Shown: positions 26,445 to 34,929 of the stretch, piece by piece
Layout of the letters: every line of letters starts with the position of its first letter
Position numbering within the stretch: position 1 is the first letter of the stretch
Source: Candidatus Babeliales bacterium
GTDB lineage: Bacteria > Babelota > Babeliae > Babelales > Vermiphilaceae
DNA: 39,032 bases
Reading direction: 5' to 3'
Assembly: GCA_044451405.1 (NCBI GenBank)
Contig: JBIOKB010000003.1
Span: forward strand, 1-39,032
Notes under the pieces: generated by a model
The model's database searches: none
What the model was told of the DNA's origin: nothing
What the model saw: only the letters and a program-made list of their open reading frames with translations
Program-made: the position numbers and the translations under genes

Positions 26445-26993
26445 ATGGCAAAGAAGAAGAGCATAAAGGCAATTAATAAAGAAAAACTAAGCCACGAAGA
26501 ATGTGTAGATGAGCATTGGTGCTTTCTAGAGATGAAAATGAAGCCTATGCCTATGCGAATGATAGTAATACTTGCAGAGCAACTCATAAAATGGGTGGAT
26601 GAAAGTGATCCTACTAAAGCAGAAGGATTACGTATAAGCGAATTCTTGAGTACTCATAAGCCTAAGATTTCTGAGCATGATTATTACGCATGGATAAAAA
26701 AGTGGCCAATATTAGATACAGCTCACAATTATGCTCTGGCTAAAATCGCTGAACGTAGAGAAAAAGGTGCATTGTTAGGGTACCTAAATCCCAATGTTGT
26801 TATGCGTTTCCAGCCAATATATGATCGTGAAGTTAAAAAGATGATGGAGTGGCAAGCATCACTTACTAAAAAGGATGATGAAAAAAGTGAGACAAAAATT
26901 GTTGTTATTGAGCGGTACCCTGACACTGGGTTACCTAGTGTTAAGAAAGTGGATGATCCGCAGAAAGTGGATGAAAACACAGGAGATAGTTGA
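26445..26993 (+). CDS. Putative terminase small subunit
   Basis: L.KW…ISEF…YY.W.KK.P.L..A…A…I..RRE.GAL.G.LN pattern resembles P22 gp3-like TerS. Confidence 0.55.
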   Translation: MAKKKSIKAINKEKLSHEECVDEHWCFLEMKMKPMPMRMIVILAEQLIKWVDESDPTKAEGLRISEFLSTHKPKISEHDYYAWIKKWPILDTAHNYALAKIAERREKGALLGYLNPNVVMRFQPIYDREVKKMMEWQASLTKKDDEKSETKIVVIERYPDTGLPSVKKVDDPQKVDENTGDS

Positions 26994-27083
26994 TGAGTAA
27001 CCAATCTGGATTCTTTGAGGTAATATTTCTTGTTATGGCAATTCCCTTCGCATTCTATCTTGGCCGCAATTTTCATTACTTTA

Positions 27084-27161
27084 AAGCGCAGGGGCGGTTA
27101 TTTTGTAAGCAAATATGGTGGCAAGATCAACGATAGCGATCATTTTGAGATGAAAGGCTGA
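27084..27161 (+). pseudogene. Possible C-terminal remnant of M15-type peptidase endolysin
   Basis: Startless frame KRRGGYFVSKYGGKINDSDHFEMKG resembles RWGG.F…D..HFE. Confidence 0.4.
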
Positions 27162-27338
27162 TATGAAATATGAATATCAAACATGTACGCCTATTACCGT
27201 TGAAGATGAGACCATCATGCAACATTGTAAAGGCTGTATTGAATATTGTCAGAGAATGAAGTGGCATCATTCTATGGGTAACTATTTAAAGACATCAGAA
27301 GAATGTTGTACACCCTATTTAACCGTTTATGGTAAGCA

Positions 27339-27647
27339 ATGATATTCCCTCGATGCGAAGTATGTTCATCACCAATTCTCGTATATGCATATGATTATGA
27401 TGCGCAGAAGATCACAGATAAATGTCGCTGTATGTGTATGTGGGCGTGTCCATTAAATGGACTATGTCCAACGAATAAGATTCCACTTCACGATGAACGG
27501 TTAAGTAAGATGCTCAAACCACATGAGAAATCTATTGATGCGGCTATTAGTGAGTTGCAGAGAATATTAGAAAAATTAAAGAACACTGAAGCTGAAGTGT
27601 GCATAGATATGAAAACAGGCGAAATAACCGTATGGAAAGATGTATGA
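27339..27647 (+). CDS. Cys-rich hypothetical protein
   Basis: CEVC…CRC.C..ACP; packed small-gene cluster. Confidence 0.55.
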   Translation: MIFPRCEVCSSPILVYAYDYDAQKITDKCRCMCMWACPLNGLCPTNKIPLHDERLSKMLKPHEKSIDAAISELQRILEKLKNTEAEVCIDMKTGEITVWKDV

Positions 27648-27889
27648 TATTGTACTTTATTGTGGCAATTGCGTTAGCAGTATTATTTGCGTGGGGCGCT
27701 CAAACTATCTGGGGATCTTCAGATGAATGACTGCATAAAAGGGTATGTGCGAATCTTGGTGATACTTGCATTGATTGGTCATCTTATTCAAGCATATTAT
27801 GTTATACAACTATGCCGAGAAGAGCTAACTATTATTGATGAAGATAGAAATATGGAACTTGCAGATTGGTTTAGTGATAAAGGAGATAA

Positions 27890-28150
27890 ATGAATTTTGA
27901 GTCGCTGGGATTTAGACCCTTAGGTAATAGAATATTGGGTAAGCGTGAAGAGCTGCCATCTGAATCAGTTATTATTTCAGCTGCTGAGACACCAGAACCC
28001 GTAAATACGATTCGCGTGTTATCAGTAGGTGAGAAGGTAACGTTGGTCAACATTGGCGATATTGTATACATCAACAAGTATGTGGGTACACCATTAGATG
28101 ATGAGCATGTCGTGGTGTTTGAGCAAGATATAGTAGGAGTGATTAAGTGA
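27890..28150 (+). CDS. groES: Co-chaperonin GroES-like protein
   Basis: FRPLGNRIL…V.SVG…V..GD.V…KY.GT…E.DIVGVI. Confidence 0.92.
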   Translation: MNFESLGFRPLGNRILGKREELPSESVIISAAETPEPVNTIRVLSVGEKVTLVNIGDIVYINKYVGTPLDDEHVVVFEQDIVGVIK

Positions 28151-28959
28151 ATAGTTATAGAGAGCAAGATGCTATAGATGATGGATTGAAGTGGTTATTC
28201 AAAAAGAAGTACATAATTCTGGGTATTATCGCCCTTATAATAATGGTTATGTTAAAACCATTCTATATCCTCGATCCTGGATATACAGCGATTCATACTC
28301 GATTAGGCAGAATTATTGATGTGCGCAGAGATGGTGGCGTCTATTACAAGTTTCCCTTGGTAGATTCAATTGTGTATATGAGTAATGGTATTCAGCGCGC
28401 CTCCATTGAAACTAATGCATTATCCAAAGATCTCCAGGCTATATCGATTGGTATTGACGTAAACTATCGTTATATCAATGAAACTGAATTGTATAAAGCG
28501 ACACGCGGCAAAGCAGAAGATATTATCCTAATACCTTTCTGCCATGAATCGATTAAAGCAGTTGTTGCCAAATATACTGCTGAAGATCTTATTTTGAATC
28601 GCCACGCAGCCAAAGATATGATTTATAAAGATCTCCGCGACCGTCTCCGTCCGCATTTCATAGACTTTATTGAAGTAAATTTCTCACACGCTGACTTTTC
28701 AGCTGAGTTTATTAAATCAGTTGAGAATAAGCAGATTGCATTACAACAATCTATGATGGCCAAGAATCTTACAGAAAAGATACGCGAGAATGCCCTACAA
28801 ACAAAGTTAACTGCTGATGCTGATGCATACAGCCAACAAGTAAAGAAACAATCGGCTACTAAGGAATTAGCTCAATTGAAAGCTATTGAGAAGTGGGATG
28901 GCGTGTTACCAAAGTATGTTACCGGATCGATACCCTTTATAACGGTGGATAAAGAATGA
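28147..28959 (+). CDS. SPFH/prohibitin-family membrane protein
   Basis: TM helix, then G…K.PLV…SKDLQ.I…VNYR…ESIKAVVAKY.AE.LI..R…FS.EF..SVE.KQIA.Q…IEKWDG.LP. Confidence 0.92.
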   Translation: MNSYREQDAIDDGLKWLFKKKYIILGIIALIIMVMLKPFYILDPGYTAIHTRLGRIIDVRRDGGVYYKFPLVDSIVYMSNGIQRASIETNALSKDLQAISIGIDVNYRYINETELYKATRGKAEDIILIPFCHESIKAVVAKYTAEDLILNRHAAKDMIYKDLRDRLRPHFIDFIEVNFSHADFSAEFIKSVENKQIALQQSMMAKNLTEKIRENALQTKLTADADAYSQQVKKQSATKELAQLKAIEKWDGVLPKYVTGSIPFITVDKE

Positions 28960-29082
28960 CCCAATACATACGCTTGATGATCGATATTGCATTTGTAGGA
29001 ATAGCCATTCTCTTGTTCTATATGTGGAGCATATTGAATGAGAAATATCGCAAGTTAAAAGAAGAGAAGGAAAGGTTGAAGA

Positions 29083-29274
29083 GTGAAAAAAAATAAAGAG
29101 ACAGAGTGGGGAACGCCAGAAAATGTACAATTTTTAGATGGATTAAATGCCACTGTTTATGATAGCAATGGTACCGAACTTCTTTGTTCAACACCCAATT
29201 GTGATAATAAAGTAGTAGGAGCGATAATGGGTGAAAGTTATTTTATAAACTTCTGTAGAGAACATAGGGCTTAA
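29083..29274 (+). CDS. Small zinc-binding hypothetical protein
   Basis: CSTPNC…FCREH. Confidence 0.5.
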   Translation: MKKNKETEWGTPENVQFLDGLNATVYDSNGTELLCSTPNCDNKVVGAIMGESYFINFCREHRA

Positions 29275-29275
29275 C

Positions 29276-29464
29276 GTGAAGTGGATATCGGTAAAAGATA
29301 GAATGCCTCAATTAGGTGTAGAAACTCTTTTTACTGATACAGAATCTATAACTGTAGGTCATTTGATTAATAACCATAAGATAGCTTGTTATTACAGCAA
29401 GATAGATTTTGAAGATATAACTCATTGGTTACCATTACCCAAACCACCTGAAGGAGTTAAATGA
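29276..29464 (+). CDS. DUF551-family protein
   Basis: MKWISVKDRMP…ITHWLPLPKPP. Confidence 0.85.
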   Translation: MKWISVKDRMPQLGVETLFTDTESITVGHLINNHKIACYYSKIDFEDITHWLPLPKPPEGVK

Positions 29465-29736
29465 AGTGGGTAAATATAAATAAGCGCAAGCCTTCTACCA
29501 AACAAGAAGGCTCTACATTTGTTGAAGCTATAAACATACGTTTTAATTCAATGCCTTTTGTGGTTACGTATGATCCTTTCTCAGATATTTTTACTTCGTC
29601 AGAGTATTGTTGCAGCTCTAAGAAAAACAGAGCATTGGACATTACGCATTGGATCCCATTAAGAGAGTATCCAAAAGCACAGTCTACGTGGAGCAATAAA
29701 GATAACCAATTACATTATGAGGTAGATGAAGAATGA
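29461..29736 (+). CDS. DUF551-like protein
   Basis: MKWVNINKRKP…ITHWIPL. Confidence 0.65.
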   Translation: MKWVNINKRKPSTKQEGSTFVEAINIRFNSMPFVVTYDPFSDIFTSSEYCCSSKKNRALDITHWIPLREYPKAQSTWSNKDNQLHYEVDEE

Positions 29737-30302
29737 AGCCAAAGAAGCAGCCAGAAAGAAAGAAGAGCATTGTTGATCGAGGGATCCTCACCCTCCAGCA
29801 AATTGAAGATCATATAATCGAGAGTAATAGTATTGAGAAGATATTAAGACCACCAACAGTAGAAGAGATAGCAGAGCTTGATCGCTTTCTGGATAATGAG
29901 AAGATTACCATTTCCGAGCTTGAGAAGTTTGTAAAAGTCTTTCAACCTGATGCCAAGTTGCGCCAAGATTATGGTATGAATGTTCGGGTAGGGAGATACA
30001 TTCCGCCCTATGGTGGTCCACAAATTCGCCATGGTCTTGATGGACTGCTTAATCAGCAAAGTAAATGGAGTTCGCATAAAATGCATGTGCATTATGAACT
30101 CTTGCATCCGTTTAGTGATGGTAATGGTCGTAGTGGCCGTGCATTATGGTTGTGGAAACGATTAAGTGAACAGAACATGAAGAATTGGACACCGTTTTTG
30201 CTAGAGTTTTACTACCAAACGCTCAGAGAAGCAGGCGAACTCTATGCACAACGAGATGCAATGATGAATATAACTAGCTTGGAGAACATAAAAGATGTTT
30301 AA
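29733..30302 (+). CDS. Fic-domain protein
   Basis: Canonical HPFSDGNGRSGR; N-terminal ESNSIE inhibitory-helix-like motif. Confidence 0.92.
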   Translation: MKPKKQPERKKSIVDRGILTLQQIEDHIIESNSIEKILRPPTVEEIAELDRFLDNEKITISELEKFVKVFQPDAKLRQDYGMNVRVGRYIPPYGGPQIRHGLDGLLNQQSKWSSHKMHVHYELLHPFSDGNGRSGRALWLWKRLSEQNMKNWTPFLLEFYYQTLREAGELYAQRDAMMNITSLENIKDV

Positions 30303-30651
30303 TGCGATACATGATGCTGATGTCTATCTATTTGCGATGGCGGCATTTGCAAAGAAGAAACATAAAAATGGCGTAGCAGTGCAATATGTTTGGGTAGGAT
30401 CAATAGCTAATGCAATTAATATGTTTGGTGGGATAAAGTATCATGCAGAGTTCTGTGAAGAACATCAAAAACCATCAGAAGAAACACTCTTTATCTTGCT
30501 TGGCTCAATGCCTAAAGAAGAATTAGATGCCATGGCCGATCAAGAACGTAAAGATTTTAATGACGCACAGTTCCATGGATACATGTGCAAGATGCGTCCT
30601 GAATGGAAAGAAGCGTTCCCTGATGGGTTTAAAAGAGCAGAACATGAATGA
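30295..30651 (+). CDS. Hypothetical protein
   Basis: 118 aa, overlapping neighbours in operon. Confidence 0.6.
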   Translation: MFNAIHDADVYLFAMAAFAKKKHKNGVAVQYVWVGSIANAINMFGGIKYHAEFCEEHQKPSEETLFILLGSMPKEELDAMADQERKDFNDAQFHGYMCKMRPEWKEAFPDGFKRAEHE

Positions 30652-31006
30652 AGTAATAACTTGTAGTTTTTGCCACAAAGAAAAGACTGAAGAACCACCT
30701 CGACCTAAAAACACATTGCGCATGAGACGATATCCTCGCTTTAATGAATGCAAAGAATGCTGTAAGGGAGTGATTTTTTACAGAGGTAAGATGAGAAATT
30801 TTAAAAGAAAATTAAAATTAGCTTTCAAGAACTATCAAGAAGCTATGAAAAAATCGTATGAACTTTTTTCTAAAGCTTTAGCAACAGAATTGGATAAACC
30901 TTTTTCAGGCAGGAGAATTATTCAACCAGAACCTATTTATAGATCGGAGGCGAGACGTGATCCAGTTGTGAGAATGAGACGTTATAGCAATGTGGGAGAA
31001 GAATGA
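30644..31006 (+). CDS. Cys-rich basic protein with two RMRRY motifs (start revised to 30644)
   Basis: CSFC…CKEC; ATG overlaps the 3' end of the previous gene. Confidence 0.6.
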   Translation: MNEVITCSFCHKEKTEEPPRPKNTLRMRRYPRFNECKECCKGVIFYRGKMRNFKRKLKLAFKNYQEAMKKSYELFSKALATELDKPFSGRRIIQPEPIYRSEARRDPVVRMRRYSNVGEE

Positions 31007-31277
31007 CAATAACTTCGCGAGATTATAGTGATTTTTAAGGTAAAGAATGACGAAATTTGAGAAAAAATTTAATGATTTGCCAGGAACTTTTGTAATTGTT
31101 GCTCCTAAAGAAATAAAGAGTAAATGGGAAAAATAAATGAGTGAAACTAAACTGTTAGTTATTCTTTTGTTTATGTGCATGTCGAGCTTTGGAAGATTTA
31201 TAGCGTTTTTTGTTATTATTTTTGCACTTTTTAAAATGTAACCCTCACGGTTAAGGTAATGAAGCCACCTTTTACCG

Positions 31278-32648
31278 GTGAAAAAAATGAGACCACATGT
31301 AGAGACCCAGATAAAACTGGATCGATTTAAGCCGCGTTTTTATCAGAATGCGTTATTTGATGCTATAGAGAACAAGGGATACAAGCGCGCCATGCTTATC
31401 TGGCCCCGGAGAGCCGGGAAAGATATGGCCGCCTTTCAATTATGTATCCGCGCATGTCTTAAAAAAGTCCAAGTAATCTACTACATATTCCCGACCTATT
31501 CCCAAGCCAAGAAAGTTATTTGGGATAGTATAACTAATACCGGAATGCGTGTTCTTGAATACATTCCTGAAGAGCTTATCAAATCCAAGAACTCTCAGGA
31601 CATGACTATCCGTTTCATAAACGGCAGTCTTCTCCAACTTGTAGGATCTGATAACTATGACTCCTTGATGGGAACTAACCCTGGTGGTTGTGTCTTTTCA
31701 GAGTATGCACTTCAAGATCCTCGAGCTTACCAATTCCTCCGTCCGATCCTTTTAGCCAATGACGGATTTGCTATCTTCCTCAGTACACCACGTGGTAAGA
31801 ACCACCTATATGAGCTCTATGAAATTGCACGCAATCATCCTGAATGGTTCTGCCAAAAGCTTACGGTAGAAGATACATTGCATGTCTCATTGCAGGAAAT
31901 TGAAAAAGATAGGCGTGAAGGCGTGATGAGTGACGATATGATATTGCAGGAGTGGTACACATCGTTTGATATGGGTGTAGAGGGTTCATACTACAGCAAG
32001 TATATTGACAAAATGAAATTAAATAACCAAATTGGCCAAGTGCCGTATGAGCCTGCATTTAGAGTATCAACATCGTGGGATTTAGGATTCCGTGATTCGA
32101 CGTGCATCATTTTCTTTCAAGTGGTTGGCCAGACTATTCGTATCATCGATTGTTATCAGCGCAATAAAGAAGGTCTTGAACATTACATTGATGTGATCAA
32201 CTCCAAGAAATATAACTATCATAAGCATATTGCTCCCCATGACATCAGAGTGCATGAATTTAGCTCAGGATTTACCCGATGGGAGAAAGCTAGGCAACTT
32301 GGCGTAACGTTTACTGACGCACCTAATTTATTGATTCCTGATGGTATTGAAGCAGTACGATCAACATTGTCCAAAGTCTGGATTAATGAAGCGACATGTA
32401 TGCCACTCATTAAAGCATTAGAAGGCTATCGCCAGGAATATGATTCCAAGCGTAATGTGTATAAGCAGCAACCATTGCATGATGTTAATTCTCACTTTGC
32501 TGATGCTATGCGGTATCTATGCGTATCATTACCAAAAATAAAGGATGGATTGTCTGCTGAAGAACTTGACAGACGCTATCAAGAAACGGTATACGGTACT
32601 AGTGGGCAGTTGCCAAAATTCTTCCGCGATGATGGACCAAAATATTAG
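31278..32648 (+). CDS. terL: Terminase large subunit
   Basis: Q-motif PRFYQ, Walker A WPRRAGKD, Walker B CVFSEYA, STPRGKNH, nuclease WDLGFRDST and SHFADAMRY. Confidence 0.96.
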   Translation: MKKMRPHVETQIKLDRFKPRFYQNALFDAIENKGYKRAMLIWPRRAGKDMAAFQLCIRACLKKVQVIYYIFPTYSQAKKVIWDSITNTGMRVLEYIPEELIKSKNSQDMTIRFINGSLLQLVGSDNYDSLMGTNPGGCVFSEYALQDPRAYQFLRPILLANDGFAIFLSTPRGKNHLYELYEIARNHPEWFCQKLTVEDTLHVSLQEIEKDRREGVMSDDMILQEWYTSFDMGVEGSYYSKYIDKMKLNNQIGQVPYEPAFRVSTSWDLGFRDSTCIIFFQVVGQTIRIIDCYQRNKEGLEHYIDVINSKKYNYHKHIAPHDIRVHEFSSGFTRWEKARQLGVTFTDAPNLLIPDGIEAVRSTLSKVWINEATCMPLIKALEGYRQEYDSKRNVYKQQPLHDVNSHFADAMRYLCVSLPKIKDGLSAEELDRRYQETVYGTSGQLPKFFRDDGPKY

Positions 32649-32656
32649 GAGTAACA

Positions 32657-32863
32657 ATGGCTAAGTTAAAAGAAACAAATGAGAACGAATTAAACGAAGC
32701 GTATCTTGAAGGTGTAATAGATGGATATAATCGCCTTCTCGATTGCGTAGACAGAGTTATGGATCGGAGAGAAGTACAAGATTCTGACACATTGCAGTTC
32801 ATACATGATATGATTCAGGCTGAGATTGAGTATGCAGAAACACTGAAAAAAACAATAGATTAG
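32657..32863 (+). CDS. Acidic hypothetical protein
   Basis: AGGAG RBS. Confidence 0.65.
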   Translation: MAKLKETNENELNEAYLEGVIDGYNRLLDCVDRVMDRREVQDSDTLQFIHDMIQAEIEYAETLKKTID

Positions 32864-32875
32864 TGGATTTTACGC

Positions 32876-33280
32876 ATGAGTCACATGAATAAATCGCTGC
32901 GTAAGCAGTTTGTTAATGAAATGAAGCGTATACACGGGACAATCATTCGCGATCTTGGTGATATGAAAATCGCTGGTGTAGGATGGGAACAAACTTTTGC
33001 TGGTAAAACATACAAATTCCTACCAATGGTTAATAATTATGATCTTCGTAAAGAATATGCAGATGCTTTGATTCAAGAAGCGCTTAAGAACCTAGAAAAT
33101 CAGATAACACATACATGTTCTCCTGAATGCTATGACAGTGAAGAATCGCCATGTCAACGAACTAATCCTTGGCATTATATAGATATAATTCTTGATGCTG
33201 GTGTAGGCACACGCAGGACAAGAAAAAAGAAAGAGAGGTCCCATGTCATATCATCAATGGGAACCAAAACCTCTGTTTGA
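32876..33280 (+). CDS. Hypothetical protein
   Basis: 134-aa co-oriented ORF. Confidence 0.55.
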   Translation: MSHMNKSLRKQFVNEMKRIHGTIIRDLGDMKIAGVGWEQTFAGKTYKFLPMVNNYDLRKEYADALIQEALKNLENQITHTCSPECYDSEESPCQRTNPWHYIDIILDAGVGTRRTRKKKERSHVISSMGTKTSV

Positions 33281-33527
33281 TGAAGACAATCCTGATCCGC
33301 GGCAGCTTGTATTAAAAGATACACAAATAATTGTTGAGCGTTTAACAGGTCCTGGAGATACAGTTGAAGTAGTTCAAGAAGAATATGTGCCATTTCTGCA
33401 AAAGATAAAAGCATACTATGCTGCTGATAATGATTGGCGTGATGGTATACCTCCTGCGATATTAAAGAAGTATGGTGGCATGTGGGTCAATATTGCAACC
33501 GGAAAATCCTATAATTTAGTGAGATAA
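33243..33527 (+). CDS. Hypothetical protein
   Basis: GAGG RBS; 94 aa. Confidence 0.55.
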   Translation: MSYHQWEPKPLFDEDNPDPRQLVLKDTQIIVERLTGPGDTVEVVQEEYVPFLQKIKAYYAADNDWRDGIPPAILKKYGGMWVNIATGKSYNLVR

Positions 33528-33528
33528 A

Positions 33529-33852
33529 ATGCATCCAATAGAAGAGCTATTTAAAGATATGGACAAATTAAAAGATCTGCTTTACTTTGTGGTATCTTTA
33601 CCAGAAAGAGATCTGCAAGATAAATTCACAAAGCGATTTGATGAGCAATGTATGGATTATATACTTCAGCTCGCATTAGAAGGTAACTATGAGCATGCGA
33701 ATAAAGTAGTATATTTGATGCAAAAGGTCTTTGAAAAGGTACCCGAAATTCTTGAACAGGTAACGAAAGAATACAATGAAGATAATAGAAGCGCTGAAGA
33801 AGATAAAAGAACTAAAGCGAAAAAGCGACGAACTAAAAGTAAAAGTACGTGA
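33529..33852 (+). CDS. Hypothetical helical protein
   Basis: Follows previous stop; 3' end overlaps next gene by 77 nt. Confidence 0.55.
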   Translation: MHPIEELFKDMDKLKDLLYFVVSLPERDLQDKFTKRFDEQCMDYILQLALEGNYEHANKVVYLMQKVFEKVPEILEQVTKEYNEDNRSAEEDKRTKAKKRRTKSKST

Positions 33853-34294
33853 ACATTGTGCTGGATTAGATTGCGATACCCCAACCTATGCAGATCAAAG
33901 AGGTCAAATTAAAGAATGGTTACAATCTAACCACGATATCGTTAAAGAAATTGGACATCTGCGTACTTCCATACAACGCACCAATCTCGATACAAAAGTT
34001 ACCATTGAATTGGGTGGAAAGTTTGTTACTAAGAGTATTTCTGAATGGATTGACCGTCGTCGCGAGCTTGCGAAGATGGAAGAAACAATTTGGTTGCAAC
34101 TTTATGATAAAGGACTAAAAGAAACCTACGAACATAAACTTACTCCACAAGCTCCCACCACAACAATTAAAAGAGTATTATACTTCGATCCTAAAGAACG
34201 AGATCAGAAAATAGAATTATATCGCTCAGAACCTGCGTTAATTGATTCTACGCTTGAAATTACTAATGCAGTAACTGAACTTAAAGAAGTTTAG
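33776..34294 (+). CDS. DIP1984-like coiled-coil protein
   Basis: MKI.EAL…K.L…L…IQRTN..T.V…SISEWI.RR…DP…ID..L…NA.T.L matches my recollection of DIP1984/DUF6847-type proteins. Confidence 0.65.
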   Translation: MKIIEALKKIKELKRKSDELKVKVREHCAGLDCDTPTYADQRGQIKEWLQSNHDIVKEIGHLRTSIQRTNLDTKVTIELGGKFVTKSISEWIDRRRELAKMEETIWLQLYDKGLKETYEHKLTPQAPTTTIKRVLYFDPKERDQKIELYRSEPALIDSTLEITNAVTELKEV

Positions 34295-34342
34295 ACTACT
34301 TCCATAAACCCGGCGTTCGTCTTACAAGGGCCTACGCTGGGC

Positions 34343-34353
34343 TTCTTTGAAAT
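34343..34353 (+). promoter_or_regulatory. boxA-like antitermination site (copy 1)
   Basis: TTCTTTGAAAT, repeated at 34671; resembles rRNA-leader boxA (GTTCTTTGAAA type). Confidence 0.45.
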
Positions 34354-34503
34354 GAACTTCAATTGGCATGCTTCGAGTATGTCTCCGTCAGCCCAGGCGG
34401 TAAAATTCCTGGGCTGTTAAAAAGATGTTTGTTGTCACTTGTGGCAATGCTATTGTGCAGGGGAATTTATTGATAATTATTTTGTCCCTGCACATAAAAT
34501 TAC

Positions 34504-34577
34504 GCGGATGTTGTCTAGTAGGTAAGACGCCGGTATAAAAAAACCGGACAACGGTGGTTCGATCCCATCCGTCCGCT
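34504..34577 (+). tRNA. tRNA-like gene with Gly-type acceptor and 8-nt anticodon loop (AUAAAAAA)
   Basis: GCGGATG/CGTCCGC, D GTCT/AGAC, AC CCGGT/ACCGG, T GGTGG-TTCGATC-CCATC; no encoded CCA. Confidence 0.8.
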
Positions 34578-34586
34578 TGAAATAAA

Positions 34587-34672
34587 AACCTATTAGTAGC
34601 CCAATTTGCAGCGAAAGCGGCAGCTACTTTTAGTAGTTTGCACACCAGGTGTGCTGCCCTGGCTAATAGGTT
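34587..34672 (+). ncRNA. Degenerate tRNA-like cloverleaf
   Basis: AACCTATTAG/CTAATAGGTT, TA-GCC…GGC, GCTAC/GTAGT, CCAGG/CCTGG; lacks TTCGA. Confidence 0.5.
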
Positions 34673-34681
34673 CTTTGAAAT
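34671..34681 (+). promoter_or_regulatory. boxA-like antitermination site (copy 2)
   Basis: GTTCTTTGAAAT directly before the structured RNA. Confidence 0.45.
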
Positions 34682-34746
34682 TATCAGACTAACGTACAGA
34701 CATAAAAATTGGTAAAACGTAGAAGTTGCTGAACTCAAATCAGTAT

Positions 34747-34817
34747 AATGCTATAGCTCAGAGGTAGAGCGTCAGGCTAATAACCTGAAAACGTAGGTTC
34801 GATTCCTATTAGCGTAA
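34747..34817 (+). tRNA. tRNA-Ile(AAU)-like gene
   Basis: AATGCTA/TAGCGTA (1-72 mismatch), D GCTC/GAGC, AC TCAGG-CTAATAA-CCTGA, T GTAGG-TTCGATT-CCTAT, A73; no CCA. Confidence 0.8.
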
Positions 34818-34855
34818 TTGGCCTGCAAAGCCCGTTTCACGACGTAAACGTGTTA

Positions 34856-34929
34856 TTAAAGTACGTAAGATTCATGGTTTAAGATCGTAAGTTTTAAAAA
34901 GCTTTAAGTATTAAGAATCAAGGATCAAG
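34856..34929 (+). repeat. Degenerate ~7-nt tandem repeat ending in AAG (~10 units)
   Basis: ttaaag tacgtaag attcatg gtttaag atcgtaag ttttaaaaag ctttaag tattaag aatcaag gatcaag. Confidence 0.8.

Noticed and set aside
26943-26974. AGAAAGTGGATGA direct repeat as pac site
   Set aside because: Explained by a short in-frame duplication (KVDD/KVDE); no other support.
34388-34738. 116-aa minus-strand ORF
   Set aside because: Antisense to tRNA-like genes and hairpins; no protein-like features.
34856-34929. CRISPR array or coding repeat
   Set aside because: Units are ~7 nt with no spacers, there are no cas genes, and no ORF covers the tract.
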